DNA of 64,000 bases, taken from Tubiluchus corallicola. Its lineage: Eukaryota > Animalia > Priapulida. The translations under genes were made by a program, and so were the position numbers. The stretch lies in assembly GCA_030141605.1 (NCBI GenBank), contig JAQGDQ010000013.1, forward strand, positions 448,447 through 512,446. Direction: 5' to 3'. Positions 12,721 through 24,739 of the stretch are shown here, piece by piece. Under the pieces are notes generated by a model, which saw nothing but the letters and a program-made list of their open reading frames with translations, had not been told where the DNA came from and did no database searches. Position 1 is the stretch's first letter, and each line of letters begins with the position of its first letter.

Positions 12721-15700
12721 TTATGAGGTTTTTCCTTGTTTTGCTGCTTGATGAGCTTGCTGCATTCGTTGTAGTAAAGCTGGATCGAGTGCAACTCTGG
12801 AAATGATGTTTCTTTCTGCTACAAACTCTCCAACTGGAGACTTGGTGTTAGGAGGCAACAGTGCAAGGTACAACGGAGTATCCGCACCTAAATAATGATT
12901 TATTATAAGTGTTAACTTTCAAAAAACAATAACCCATTTTACAGTTCCAGCGATTGACGATGATTGTGAAAGGATCAAAGGTTAAGTGTACCAGACAATA
13001 CGTACAGTTAACGCCTTGCAGCCCAAGCTACTGCAACAGTAACAGTCTTAACAGCTAGCTAGAACCTTACCTACATTTTTTTCTTGTTTGCAAGCAAAAT
13101 CTTGCTTATTAAATCACTCTATGCACAGACTAATGCATATTTAAGTAAAGTCTACCTAAAACAACTGAAGTTACTGAACTGACGTATACGTGGCTTTAGC
13201 CACACATCAAGTCATGGTTTTAGTTAAGAGGCATTGCCATGATGCACTTAACATTTGACCTACAGCAACTGCGCATGTGCACAACGAAACCGTGAAATGG
13301 CTTATTCAGCATTCATACTTTCAATATACAACAAATGCTTACAGTGAGCAAATGAGCACGTTCATGAACATAAAATAAACAATGGACCTTATGCTTTAGC
13401 CAATGGTCTTTCATTTAGCCTTGATAACTAAATGATGACAAGCAACAGCAGACATAAAAATTTCTGTATTTTGTAACTCGCAACTAAGCTCACAAGTGCC
13501 AAGAAGCAATGGCTTACCTTTTTTGCAAATGCAAAATGTATTAACAAAATAGTACTCATCATCAGAAACTTATTAATATATCAGCACTGAATCTCAAACA
13601 CCCAATCTTTATACGAATTTACTCAAATGGTCGTAATATTAACGCTGGACAAACTAAGCATCTTGGTAAGTGATACAAAATGTCAAAACTTTTAGCCGTA
13701 TATAAAAATCTACTGATCTTGTTCTTAGATTGAGACAGGTTACAGCATATTATAATTGCTGATGCATATTATAATTATTAACACAAAATACAAAATAACC
13801 ATTTTATACACATCAACACGTACAGCTAGTTAATTACCTTCGTCAATTGTTTTATGCCCTTTGCCATGTGTCATATCTGTGTCGACATATCCTGGACAGC
13901 ACTATTAAAAATAAGAAAAAAACTGATTCAATCTTAGTTCATCACATTACACAAACAATAAGATCTGCAACCCACTGTGCACTGTTGGCACCCTTCTGTC
14001 TCGGAAGACAATGGAATGTGTGCCAAGAGAGTCCGGTCCTTGAACGTCTCCAGGGAGCACGCCTGGGCAAGGTGTATGGAGATCCTGAGTTGCCCAGACC
14101 ACAGGAACCCCCTCTCTTCCTCCCTGGTGTAGTCCAAAGGAAAGCGGAGCGATACATTTGGCACCAGGTTGGCTGCAGGAGCTGCCGGAGTCAGTGGGCA
14201 TGCTGCACTGGTCCGCCTTCGGGGCTCCGCTCCTGATTTGGAAGGTTTACTCCTCTACACATGGCCGTTGGGTCACTTGATCTCTTCCGCCCTCTAGCCG
14301 TTGGCTGCTTGTACAGCTCCTCCGCCTAGTGTCGAGATACAGTGTGGGCATCCCGCAAGCCTACAGCACCTGGTATGCCTAGGTGGTCACCCATCCAAGC
14401 ACTAATCAGGCTCTATGTTGCTTAACTTCAGTGATCAGACGAGAACCGGTGTTTTCAACGTGATTTGGCCGTAGTATTGTGCACTAGCCTTACATTTTCG
14501 AGATACAGACAGCAGCTGCAGAGTATAATCAATGGTTTAAAAATTGCTTAAAATGTGTCGTGGTGCCTTTTTTATGCGCTTGCTCTGCTTAGTGGGGTGG
14601 TATTGAAATTTACTTACAGCATTTACGATGATATCTTTGCGGGAATCTTTTTGCAGCTCACGAGCGTGTATCACAGTGAGTGCAGTCATGAAAACTTTCG
14701 ACATTCCATAAGAGGTCATCTTCCATCCATTTTCTTTCTGTTTTCCATCTTTCACGTCTCTGTGAGGAAAAAGAGATAACAATGGCAACCCACTTACATG
14801 TAAAACATTGTCGTCATTTGTTTACGTCGTAAATATTATCAAACAGTTTTAAAACGTGTATGAAACAATAATTGTGATACCTCAGGCACTCAAGATTTAA
14901 GATCTTGATGAGCTTAGTCAGTATATCAGACCTGCAAATACTCCTCATGCATTAGGAATGTGCCACAGTTTTTAAGTTTTTCATGCGTGCACATGCATCA
15001 ACATTCTCACGCATTTCTGCGAAATTAACAAGCAAGTTTGTGAAATCACCTTGCTTCCTTCATCATAAGTACCAACCAGAAATTCACAACACAGTTAGTA
15101 GTGCAGCTGAGGTACTATTGTGCTTTTCTTGTATGTACATAAAACACACATATATATTTTTGGTGGTATTCATTTACCCCTTCGACCCTGCCAAAGGCAA
15201 GATCATCACCGAGCTTTCTATGATCCACACTAACTTGTTCATCAAATGATTGGCAGGTCTGGTATAAGTTCTTTGTTGCTATGCGCAATACAACACTCAA
15301 ACCATCAATTATCGTATTTGGAGTGCAACAGTCTAAGCAAAGTATACCATAAACACACAAAAGATCAACTTTTAGGTGATGATAAGGCAGAAATTTCACA
15401 CAAATTAACAAGGTTTGAGTGTAAACTCATCTAGCAATCACATCCTGTCTCTTCTGGCATCAATTTTCCTGGAAATTAAGACTATGTTTACTTTCTTAAT
15501 ATTAAACTGTACCTACGAACCTTAGATAGTTCACATTTTTGACTGTCTCATGACTTTCACCCACAATCTTAGTAAATTCAGTAAAAAAAACACATTTTCG
15601 ACACTTACTGCACAAACTGATTTGCAAGGTTTACTAAAGTTTCCTCATAGAGATCAGGTGAGAGAAGCTGATGTCTAACCTTCTCATTTGTTAGTTCATC

Positions 15701-16356
15701 AAGAGTTCCAGCTCTGCTTGACACATTCACAACCCTACGAAAAGGAAACGTTCAAAATTATGCAAAAGTATCATAAAGTAGAATAACAAATAAATCTGTG
15801 AAATTCTTACTATCTTACTATTCTTAAGTATCAATACTAAATTAAATGTACGCAAAACTGATATTAAGAATAAAAATTAATATTTTTGTCAAACAGTAAG
15901 ATACAAATGATCAGCATATATTTGATATCTGCACTGCCACAGGTACTACTTATACACAGTTCATAGGGCCCTACGTATTTAAAATGAGAAACATAAAACT
16001 AAAATGGACTAAGCCAAATTTCTAAATTAAATAGAATTTTTGTTAATTTTGGGCTATACACAGCAGTATGTAATAAAATTTTGTTTTCTTATTACATGGC
16101 ATTTTACGAACAATTTTATATATCAAATTTGTTTATAAAATGTATATTAAAGGCCAAGAAAAGGGGAAAGGAAGCAGGTTTCAGAAAAAAAACACCTTAA
16201 GAAATTACATTACTTTATAGCAATTTTAATGCATATATTGTGTTAAAAGGAATTTTTGTTTGTTTTCATCTTAAATCTCCTGCAATACTGTTCGGACGGC
16301 GTCATTACAAGATGTCAGCTACACAAACGTAAATCAGGGGAAGAAAAGGCCCCCTG

Positions 16357-16392
<36 letters not shown>

Positions 16393-19300
16393 TGTCCCAA
16401 AACCGTTCCATGCAAATCTATATTACTTAGCATTTTGCTTACCTGCTGGAAAGACTTATGTAACTAGAAATAATAATTTAAAATGTTTGGTAATTGGTAA
16501 AATGTTGCTGGCTCTCACCCACCCTCTGGGGTACGCCATTCACTAACCAAAAACGTATTTTTAATCTTATTGACTGGACACAGTAATGTAAAAATTTACT
16601 TACGAAGTAACATGTGTGCTACACATGCTTTGATTATTTTTTCAAACTTCATGCCATGTTATCTAAGTTAGTTAAAAATAACTTACCATTAAAATGGCTG
16701 CACCTAACAGTCGTACGGGGTTTAACTTTACAAGTTTTATACAGCATTACTGCTGACACAAGCCCTGCATGCAAAAAGGCAGCATGCAAGTGGTACAAAA
16801 TTTCAAGACGAATTTTCAAGCTTTATGTAAGTGGAGCGTTTTCTTGTGCTTTAACCCTTTCACTATGTTGTTGCTTTTTAACTGGGCCACATTGACTTCT
16901 GCACATTTGACAATAACTTCTTGTGATGTGTTACTAAAACACGATCTTGTTAATAAACAGATAGTTGTTCATTATTGAGTACTAATATTAAATATTTGTT
17001 TTATTTCTGCACATGCACACACATGCGAGTACACATACATGCATTCACACACATACACACACGCACACACAATCATAAATAACTTATATTTGGAAACCAG
17101 TTTTCACAAAAGACACAATACTAATCCATAATATGCAATCATTTTATGAGAATGTAGAACAATCAACTAAACATACATTTCATCAACGATCTACAAGTGA
17201 CTTTGTGTGGGAACGTATCATAAAATACAAAATTGTGAAATGCACCTGGCTTCAGACATTGATTGGCTGGTTAGTGCTACTTAGCAACCCCAATCTCACG
17301 GTTGTTAGACTTTTCTACAATGTTTTGCATGGCTGTAGCAGTGAAATAAACAGACCTGGGTGACTGTGCTTAGTGCTGAACTTGGGCGGCAGTCTACCGC
17401 TTTCAGTCCCTTACATGAAAAACATAAGTGGCAGTGTACCGCCTTCCGTAGTGAAAAGGGGTAAGTTTTACTAGTATGAATCTAAAAAGTGTGCAGTTTT
17501 CATTTCTTACACTGATACAAAACACAGGCAATAACAGACAAAACAATGCTTTAACTAATTAAGTAACGGAAGTGGTGCTGACAAGCCACTGGCGTAGCAT
17601 TGTTTAGTTTTTTGCTGTATTACTGCTGCATTTACCTGTCTGAAGGCAGATTTCTTTTATTTTGAATTCTGCCTGCCCAATGTCTACAATAGACGTGATG
17701 GACGTATGATGATGATGAATTAAGTATAGTTTAGTACTGGCTCATCTATATTAGACAGCACCAGAAATGCCCACCTTGAATGAGGACGAAGTAATGGAAA
17801 AAGTGCTTTGCACACATTCAAAGTCCCGAAAGTGTTGATATTTATGGTCACCTCTGCTTGTTCCGCTGCAGGCACAGTCGAGTCCATCTGAAATTAACAT
17901 AAAAGACAACAACACATTTTATTCTTCCTAGTTCCTAGAGATCCCGAGTAACTCAATGATCTTTAAGCTGTCGCTTTTTAAGCTTTCAAGTTGGTCGATT
18001 ACGAAAGAAGTATTAAAAACCAATAAAGAAAAAGTCTATGACAGTAGGGCTAGGAAAATAAAAAAAACTTAATGGAATCCATAAAATATTATCTGGGGGT
18101 TGGCATTTTGATACAAGTTTTCGTACGTTATATGCAAACCCGGCATTGTTTACTAAAATGTCTAAGCCACCATATTTTTCCAATAAAAATTTCTTCAGAC
18201 GTTCAATGCTTTCTTTGTCCTCTATGTCAAGTTGATGGAACTTTGGTTTTAATCCTTCTTTGTTTAAATTTTCTACTGCAGTTTCGCCACGTGACTCATC
18301 TCGAGCTGCAAGAGAAAACAAGAATTTTTAAAGGCAACAGTAAACACTTTTAACAGTTCGTTCAGATAAGTAAGTTTTCTTGCGAAGTAACTGACAGACT
18401 AGAGAGGAAAACTTGCTGCGAGTACTCTCCATTCACTGTTAGAAGTGTTAAGAGTAACTCACAGACTAGAGAGGAAAACTTGCTGCGAGTTACTCTCCAC
18501 TCACTGCTAGAAGTGTTAAGAGTAACTCACAGACTAGAGAGGAAAACTTGCTGCGAGTTACTCTCTATTCACTGTTAGAAGTATAAAGAGTAATTCACAG
18601 ACTAGAGAGGAAAACTTGTCGCAACTGTCGGAGAATTAGCAATAACTTGCCAACAGTAACTCGTAAAGCAATTCACATTTGTGAGTTTGCTGTCAGAGAA
18701 AAATCTCACTGCAGAATACACGCAACTCTGAACTTCTAATGTAGTCTTGCTAGTCTCAAAGCCAGTTTTTACTAAAAGAACTTTTTGCAGGTGAAACTTT
18801 TTAGTTGTCAGCAATACCTGATGGACTTTTCATTGTATTTAATGAATCAATGAGTCAAACAATTTAATAATGAATAATTACTTTATTGACTCATAAGAAC
18901 GCACCATAAGTAGGTAGTTAACTAAATTACCTGTTAAAAACACGTCACCATCAAACTGTTTGCACAGGCCTCGAACAATTGCATAACCTATTCCTTTGTT
19001 TGAACCTGTAACCTGTGAAACAAACATCAATGTATAAAAAAACTGTTAGCCAACAATCTTTCATTTTTGAGAAATATAGTTTTATTTGCTAGAAATGCTA
19101 TACAACTGCTCCTCATATTACAAATTGCAGTTAGTTTTTTTTCCAAATCACAATCGAATCACAGCATTGTGCTTACATACACTTTGATACGGCTTTTGCT
19201 TATTCTGGTGTCATAAATATCAAGAAAAACACAGAAATACTGAAAATAGGGACGCCCATTTTTTCATTAACCTCCTTTATAATGGTTCATGGTTTTATAT

Positions 19301-19866
19301 ATAAAGACTCCTACTCCAGCTAAGCACTTGTGTATACATTTAAATAATATTATTGAAAAAAGTATTTAAAGATGCTAGCAGAGTAAGCAAGTCGAACTCT
19401 GCCATTGCATTGTTTTATTAGTTCAAAAAGTATATTAGCAACTTTGGTGCCAGATTTGATGGAGGCAAAACCTACATCATCTAATGTTTCAATGTAAATT
19501 CGTAAGTCGCATTAATAGAGAAAACTTTGCACACATTTTACAACACCGGATGTTAATTATGTTAACTTCTCGTGATAAACTGATTTTAATTAACTTTGCT
19601 AATATCTTGTGAGATTTTCTTCTCTAACCTAACGGTATTAATTAATTTTAGAAAATTGTTATTAATGTCAGTTAAGAAGGTAATGATAATACAATGCTAG
19701 CATAGCTATTGTAAGTTGTTAAAATTTATGACATTTAAATACTGTTAACTGTTATAGCCCTACAAATAGAGGGCGCATATATATATATATATGTATATGT
19801 TCATATGCTTAAAGTAAAGAGTTATGATAATAATGATAATTAGCAACTTACCACTGCCGCTTTCAT
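12721..19866 (-). CDS. CBR1: Carbonyl reductase [NADPH] 1-like SDR, paralog A (295 aa, C-terminally extended)
   Basis: Eight exons on minus: 19866-19852, 19012-18931, 18305-18127, 17887-17775, 15734-15609, 14759-14618, 13901-13838, 12887-12721 (888 nt including TAA). All GT-AG and in frame. Motifs VTGSNKGIG, DILVNNAG, RVVNVSS, YGMSK (YxxxK), CCPGYVDTDM and GADTPLYLALLP are typical of CBR1. Confidence 0.95.
13984..14477 (-). mobile_element. 5S rRNA-derived SINE (SINE3) with an RTE-type body, in intron 6 of CBR paralog A
   Basis: A 120-nt 5S-like head (14476-14357) runs without an oligo-T terminator into a GC-rich body of about 370 nt ending ccattgtcttccgagacagaagggtgccaac. 8-bp TSD TGTGCACT at 13976-13983 and 14478-14485. 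Confidence 0.85.
14357..14476 (-). rRNA. 5S rRNA-like sequence (SINE head or pseudogene, not a bona fide 5S gene)
   Basis: Minus strand reads TACTACGGCCAAATCACGTTGAAAACACCGGTTCTCGTCTGATCACTGAAGTTAAGCAACATAGAGCCTGATTAGTGCTTGGATGGGTGACCACCTAGGCATACCAGGTGCTGTAGGCTT. This is a full-length invertebrate-type 5S with A/IE/C boxes and several CpG-type transitions. It is single-copy here and lacks a T4 terminator. Confidence 0.75.
16151..16350. mobile_element. Kolobok-like family 2 fragment
   Basis: TTAA|AGG terminus; similar to the reverse complement of 700-891 and to 63094-63294. Confidence 0.55.
18387..18620. repeat. Tandem repeat with a 67-68 bp unit, about 3.3 copies
   Basis: acagactagagaggaaaacttg recurs at 18394, 18461, 18529 and 18597. 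Confidence 0.95.
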
Positions 19867-20243
19867 TTTAAATTAGTGCCTTGATTTGAAGTTTCGGCTT
19901 CAATTGCAATTATAAAGCTGCAGGTAGCTGTACAAAGACCGGACGGAACTTGTAAAAGTCAAGATTTATTCAAGCAACGTACAGCAAGTGAATTCACAGT
20001 GCTGTTAATCAATTCTTGTTACAAAATTAGTAATCTAAACCTCCATGCACATTAAACAGAATTAGACAAAGAAAAAGAACCTTTACCAAACGACTGGCGT
20101 GCTTTCACGCTCTCACTGGGCTGTGATCATTGATTTTGTCATTCTACATTGCCAGGTTACAGGACAACATGCAGAAAATAGCTGAGTCATTGTTGACTGT
20201 AGCAGAATCCAGGGGCTGTTATACACTGCATGTAGGTCACAGT

Positions 20244-20514
20244 GTAGTCAAAATGGTCTATTGATGCGCAACTGGCTAGGCTGTATTGGCCGAAAAGGAA
20301 GCAGATTGCGTCAGCCTTCCCTGCCCCACACTTCGGTGTGTGATAGCCTCTTATAGACAAGTCCTACACAGTGCCTCCCCGTGGCGACATACGGGCAACT
20401 GGGTACCTTGCACCCCCAGGCTGAACTGTGAGGGCTCGGAGGAGGTCAGCCCCAAGAGGTGCGGTATGCATGCCCGCCGGCGTGCGGACATGCCCTGGTA
20501 CCCACTAACTTGAC
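20244..20514 (+). ncRNA. Candidate HDV-like (nested double pseudoknot) self-cleaving ribozyme
   Basis: P3 GCC 20373-20375, L3 TCCCCGT, P3' GGC, P1' GACATAC, then GGGCAAC (as in genomic HDV). P4 TGGGTACC 20400-20407 pairs with GGTACCCA 20497-20504, followed by J4/2 CTAA. The element 5' end (GT)GTAGTC pairs with P1' with a single bulge. P2 is imperfect. Confidence 0.6.
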
Positions 20515-20889
20515 CCCCAGCTATGGGCAAATAGCCTCACTGCCTTGTGAGTATGCACTAGGGATAGTGAAAGGCTAAGGGAAACAACCCCGACAGAAAT
20601 ATCGGAGTGGAGCCCCGTAGGCAGGTTGACAAGATCACCGATCATCTTCCTGGCAACTTCTGCAACCAAGCTGATGCCAGATGTATTGCTCTGCATACCT
20701 CTGGACAACATCAGGGCGGTCAAGAGGGGGGGTCTTGACGTTCGGGCAGCCCAGGATCTCCATAGTTTTCGCCTAAGCATTGCGTCATGGAGAGGACACT
20801 CGGCTCTACAGCCACAGCAGACGCTGCTCCAGCTCCTCTTTATGGTGCAACCCATCGTCTTCATAGACGGACGGAGGCCGACGACGACG
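20244..20889 (+). mobile_element. Non-autonomous bipartite RTE-type retroelement with a candidate 5' HDV-like ribozyme
   Basis: GC-rich island with a 10-bp TSD AGGTCACAGT (20234-20243, 20890-20899), an RTE-like 5'-UTR block (ggagtggagccc...gccagatgtattgctctgc...gggcagcccaggatctccata) and a 3' tail cccatcgtcttc...gac(gac)n. No credible ORF. Confidence 0.8.
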
Positions 20890-22902
20890 AGGTCACAGTT
20901 CAGTGTTCACCAGTCAGTGTGGTCACTTGTCAACGACGTAAGCGATACTAATTTCATTTTTGAACACATTTACCAAGTTTTTTTTGTATTTCTATTACAA
21001 GTTCCGAGGGCATATTAATCAACAGGCTAACAAGGCTATAGCCTAGGGCGCCAAAGTTTCATGGGTGCCGCAATTTTAGAAAAAATCTTATTTTACTTGG
21101 AAAATGTGTATACTCTCATATTCATGTAAAAGGCGCATTTTATAACACACCACAAGCAGTTATGGAGAACAGGTTATCAATAAATACCATATAACCAACA
21201 GGTGCAAGGTATTGGCCGAGTTATACTAAGGACTTTAAAAATGGTACCTGTTGTTGCCCTGCCAAACGCGTCGTATTTAGAGCAAAAGTGGGATAATAAT
21301 AGTCTCTGTTATGTAGTTGTAGATTGTTGTTTATAGTCGGCCCAAAAGCTCTTTGGAGCTTATGTTAATTGTTGATCCAAAAAGCCTTTTTTAATAGTTA
21401 CCATGACACAGAGTGAGCCTATCCAGGGCACTGTTTAAGGGAAAGCGTGACTGAGGTGTCTATTAGGAGTTTTTAAAGAGAAGTTGCGTTCCGTTCTTGA
21501 AATGTGAGATACAAGCTGAATGGCTAAAACCCTCACAGGAAAACTTAGCCAGCAGAAATTCAGCAACACTAAGCTTTATCAGTAACGAATGGATGACTGC
21601 CTCCGTGGTGTTACTCTGGGTTAAACTATCAAAGGTCCTGCTAGGTACGTCTATCAGACTCCTGTTTCTATGCTACATTTATGAATAAATATATTTTCAA
21701 CTTTGGGACTGGAATGTTATAACTGTTTAGTGCCTGAGATTGAGCGCTCATTCGGTGTTGTTCCTGTCTTTAGATAATAATCGATGGTGACTTTAACACA
21801 GTCATCATCACAGCAGTCTTTATTTACTGTTTATAAAGCAAACCAGCCAGATGCAGAAATAGTTTCTGGAAGCTTTAAAAGGTTCTGAATTCACTGCAAA
21901 TTGTTTTATTACCAGTGTTTAAAGGTATGTACGAAAGTCACGGGTGAAGTACTACAACAGCATAAGTATTAACACATAAAATGTCACTCAATTTTGTTAA
22001 ATCTTACAGTATATGCTGCAAACAGGCCCATTCACCTTTTTCATTGGTAGTGATATTTTAAAAATGGATATGGAGCTTACGAGACAATGTGATACTAGGA
22101 AGTACTGTTGCAACATTGTTCAAAGGGGTACCGAATGGTTGAATACATTCGAGAGAGGTAAGATGCACTATTGGCGGTATGGAACTCTTAAGTACAGTTA
22201 AAATGTCTAAGAGTTTGTGACAAAACTATTATGATTATAATAAACAGTGGCTATATTTCATTTCAGTATGACATAATTAAGTAAAAGTAATTATTAACAT
22301 TAATATCATTTAACTATAATAGTTATTATGTACTCACCAAAGAAATGTCATACTTGTTTTCAAGTCAGTTTGCTAATTGGATAATTGGCAATGAAAAAAG
22401 GGAGAGGTAGAGAGAGAGAAGGGAGTTCAAAGAAATTTGAACAACACGGTGGCATAATCATAGATAATACAAGTTTTGTAACTGTGTTTTAGAAATTTCA
22501 CATTTATTCATCAAATTTCTGTTCAAAAGTTAAAAGCTTTCAATAAATTTCCACATGCACGTGTATGGTAATTCCTGTAACACAATTCTTCAAACAAGTC
22601 ATAGTAAATATTACATAATTTCCGCAATTTTTTTGCCAATTATTATTGATGCCATAGCACTTGAAGAAGCGAGAAAATCAATCAGACAGAAATATATTCA
22701 ATAACAATATCCAACATATTAAACGAAGTTATTTTCTGCTTCCAAAAGAAATGATTCTTTTGCTAAAAAACTAAAAGAAATCTTATAAGCTGAATAAGAA
22801 AACAGATAAGACTTCTTATAGCACAAAGTCATGTACAATATGATAAATTCAATCAGAAAATATGTGAGAAAATAATTTTTAGAGATTTCAAAACAACAAT
22901 AA

Positions 22903-23445
22903 GCCTTTTCACAGTTTTGTTATATGCACGCGCAGTTGCTTTTGGGTCAAAGGTCAAGTTGTACCACAGCAACGTGTCTTAACTACAATTGTCATGTGAC
23001 AAGGGGTAAAGCAAAGCTGCCTGCGACATCAGTTCAGTAAATGCAGTTGTTTTGCATGGTAAAGCTGTAATTTTTTTCGTAATTACGCATTAGTCTGCGC
23101 CTAGTGTGATTTATTAGCAGGATCTTGCTTGGGAATAAGAAAAAAATGACTAGGTAAGGTTCTAGCTAGCTGTTGAAACTGTTACTGTTACAGTAACTTG
23201 GGCTGCGAGGTGTTGTCAAGTGTACATGAATGCATTGTCTGGTACACTTAGCCTTTGACCTTTTCACGATTATCATCAATCGCTGGAACCAATTAGAGCT
23301 ACAGCACTGAAGGACCATAGAGGTCCATCTGTCCAAACGCCCCGAACTGAGACCAAGATTGAGACTGTACAGAAATATGCTTTTCTGGTACACTTAACCT
23401 TTGACCTTTCACGATCATCATATATCATTGGAACTGTGGAAAGAC
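22903..23445. mobile_element. Harbinger-like MITE
   Basis: TIR gccttttcacagtt / aactgtggaaagac with TAA/TTA flanks. A close second copy lies at about 51891-52327 and an inverted fragment at about 12940-12997. Confidence 0.7.
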
Positions 23446-24739
23446 TTATTTTACCAATCCAGTAGTACAGTAGTAATAATTATTCTAGCAATAGTAACAT
23501 TTGATCTGTCAAAACATGATCTTATAATTTCAAGGCGGCCATAAAAATGAGTATTTATTTCCAGACTCTGACTTGAGGAAACACATATCATTAGCTTCTA
23601 TCACTTATAATCATTACAATTGAGTGCAGAAAATGCAGTGATGTACACCACACGATAATAAGCTGTTTATATAACATAGAAACCATTACCATCATCCACG
23701 ACTAACTAAAGAAAAAGTTACAGGTTATCCATTGAGATTTAACTGCACAAAAGCAGCAAGGCCCATTTCACAGTGAGGAAGCAAGGAAAATTCACAGAAT
23801 TTTACGAAATTTTTGTCAGTAAATCAGAAAATTATCTGAATTTTTTCAAAATCCCATGCAGTAAGAAAGTTCACTTCACAGCGAAACTGTGCGGCCAGTT
23901 AGCTGTAGCGACTTTGCGAGTTTTATACTGTATAACTACATCTAAGTATGAGTTATACTTGCCGCATTTCTCATATACAAAGTACATGTAATATGTAATG
24001 TCAGACCTGTTGGTTTTTTAGTAAAGTTCTACTAACCACTTCAAAACCTGAAGATATACATATATATAATAAATATATGCCTTTATTTGTAACTTTGGAC
24101 ACCACCCAAATTGGTACGAGAGAAGTTAAATATACATTACATAATCTTTAGATGCAGAAAACTCAACCGGGTTTTGAAATTTGATACGAGTTAATTAAGT
24201 TAAGCAATTTAAGTTACCAAATATTTAGGTAGACTCGACTACAGCAAATGAATTTTTTTGATAGAACTAACCGCACATTTTCTTATAGCGCATCAGCATC
24301 ATTTCTACAATTTTCAGGCAGAAAATGTAAGTGCACATCAGCAGTTTTATCCTCTCACCAAGCACTACACGTGCAGAGTTCTACTCAGTCTACTGAAAAA
24401 TCAACAAAAAAACTTAAGGAAACACATTGTTCTGCAAAGCTATGGGCAAAACTTGCTCGTTTTATTACATGCCGATCAATGTTGCATAAGCCTGTGTGTC
24501 GCGTTTTTTCAAAACATCCCCATGCAATCACGTCATTATAACCGTTTAGCTTCTTTAGCTACCTTTAACCAGCACAAGTAAATACAAATCACATCAAAAT
24601 ACTAGATTATAATCACTAAAGTACAAATTTTACACTTAGCGCAGACTTCTATAAAGATCATTATCTAACTCACAAAATGTTAAGGTCCCATAAGATTCAC
24701 AAACATTCACCGGTTTCTCCCTTCCACCCTCAGCAGATT

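Noticed and set aside
13847-14236. Four overlapping ORFs
   Set aside because: By-products of the GC-rich SINE body; no protein-family motifs.
14357-14476. Functional 5S rRNA gene
   Set aside because: Solitary, has helix-disrupting transitions, lacks an oligo-T terminator, is fused to a retroelement body and is enclosed by a TSD.
20286-21018. Overlapping ORFs of 75-130 aa
   Set aside because: They arise from the GC-rich non-coding retroelement; no endonuclease or RT motifs.
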